Below, in pieces: positions 63,937 through 64,000 of a stretch of DNA of 64,000 bases (position 1 is the stretch's first letter; the number at the start of each line of letters is the position of its first letter). A model generated the notes under the pieces. The model was not told where the DNA came from. It saw only the letters and a program-made list of their open reading frames with translations, and did not search any database. Made by a program: the position numbers and the translations under genes. This stretch comes from Schmidtea polychroa (taxonomy: Eukaryota), in assembly GCA_044892525.1 (NCBI GenBank), contig CM097885.1, positions 62,001 through 126,000 on the forward strand, in the 5' to 3' direction.

Positions 63937-64000
63937 TTTTAATATAATATGATTATTATTTAAATCACTGGTGACATCTACGATACCATAACCTACTTGA

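Overview
Very AT-rich eukaryotic DNA, probably an invertebrate animal, that is almost entirely a nest of Polinton/Maverick (adintovirus)-type elements. I distinguish four families, labelled A-D here; all end in 5'-AGTAG...CTACT-3'. Family A is a decayed virion-type Polinton: fibre-like ORF, penton, adenain protease, pX-like core protein, packaging ATPase, ZnF-PLA2-integrase and major capsid at 1-6596. It carries four different tRNA-like Pol III units near its right end, which lies at 51517, inserted with a CATTAT duplication into a 2141-bp tandem array of two-HMG-box genes. Family B is a giant non-coding foldback element (15 kb, arms of about 7 kb). One copy sits in A with an ATTAAT target duplication (6848-33655); a second (34926-50071) comes with a 1270-bp tandem duplication of A. 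Family C is inserted in B and carries a protein-primed PolB gene predicted to have six 41-50 nt introns, all phase 1. It is present as two mirror copies forming a ~13-kb palindrome centred exactly on a 326-bp mini-element of family D. A larger D element, with an intronless pseudogenised PolB, starts at 59470 and runs off the window. The most interesting signals are the nested, palindrome-generating AGTAG element system, the spliced pPolB and the tRNA-like (VA-RNA-like) cluster. All coordinates and alignments were read by eye; no searches were run.
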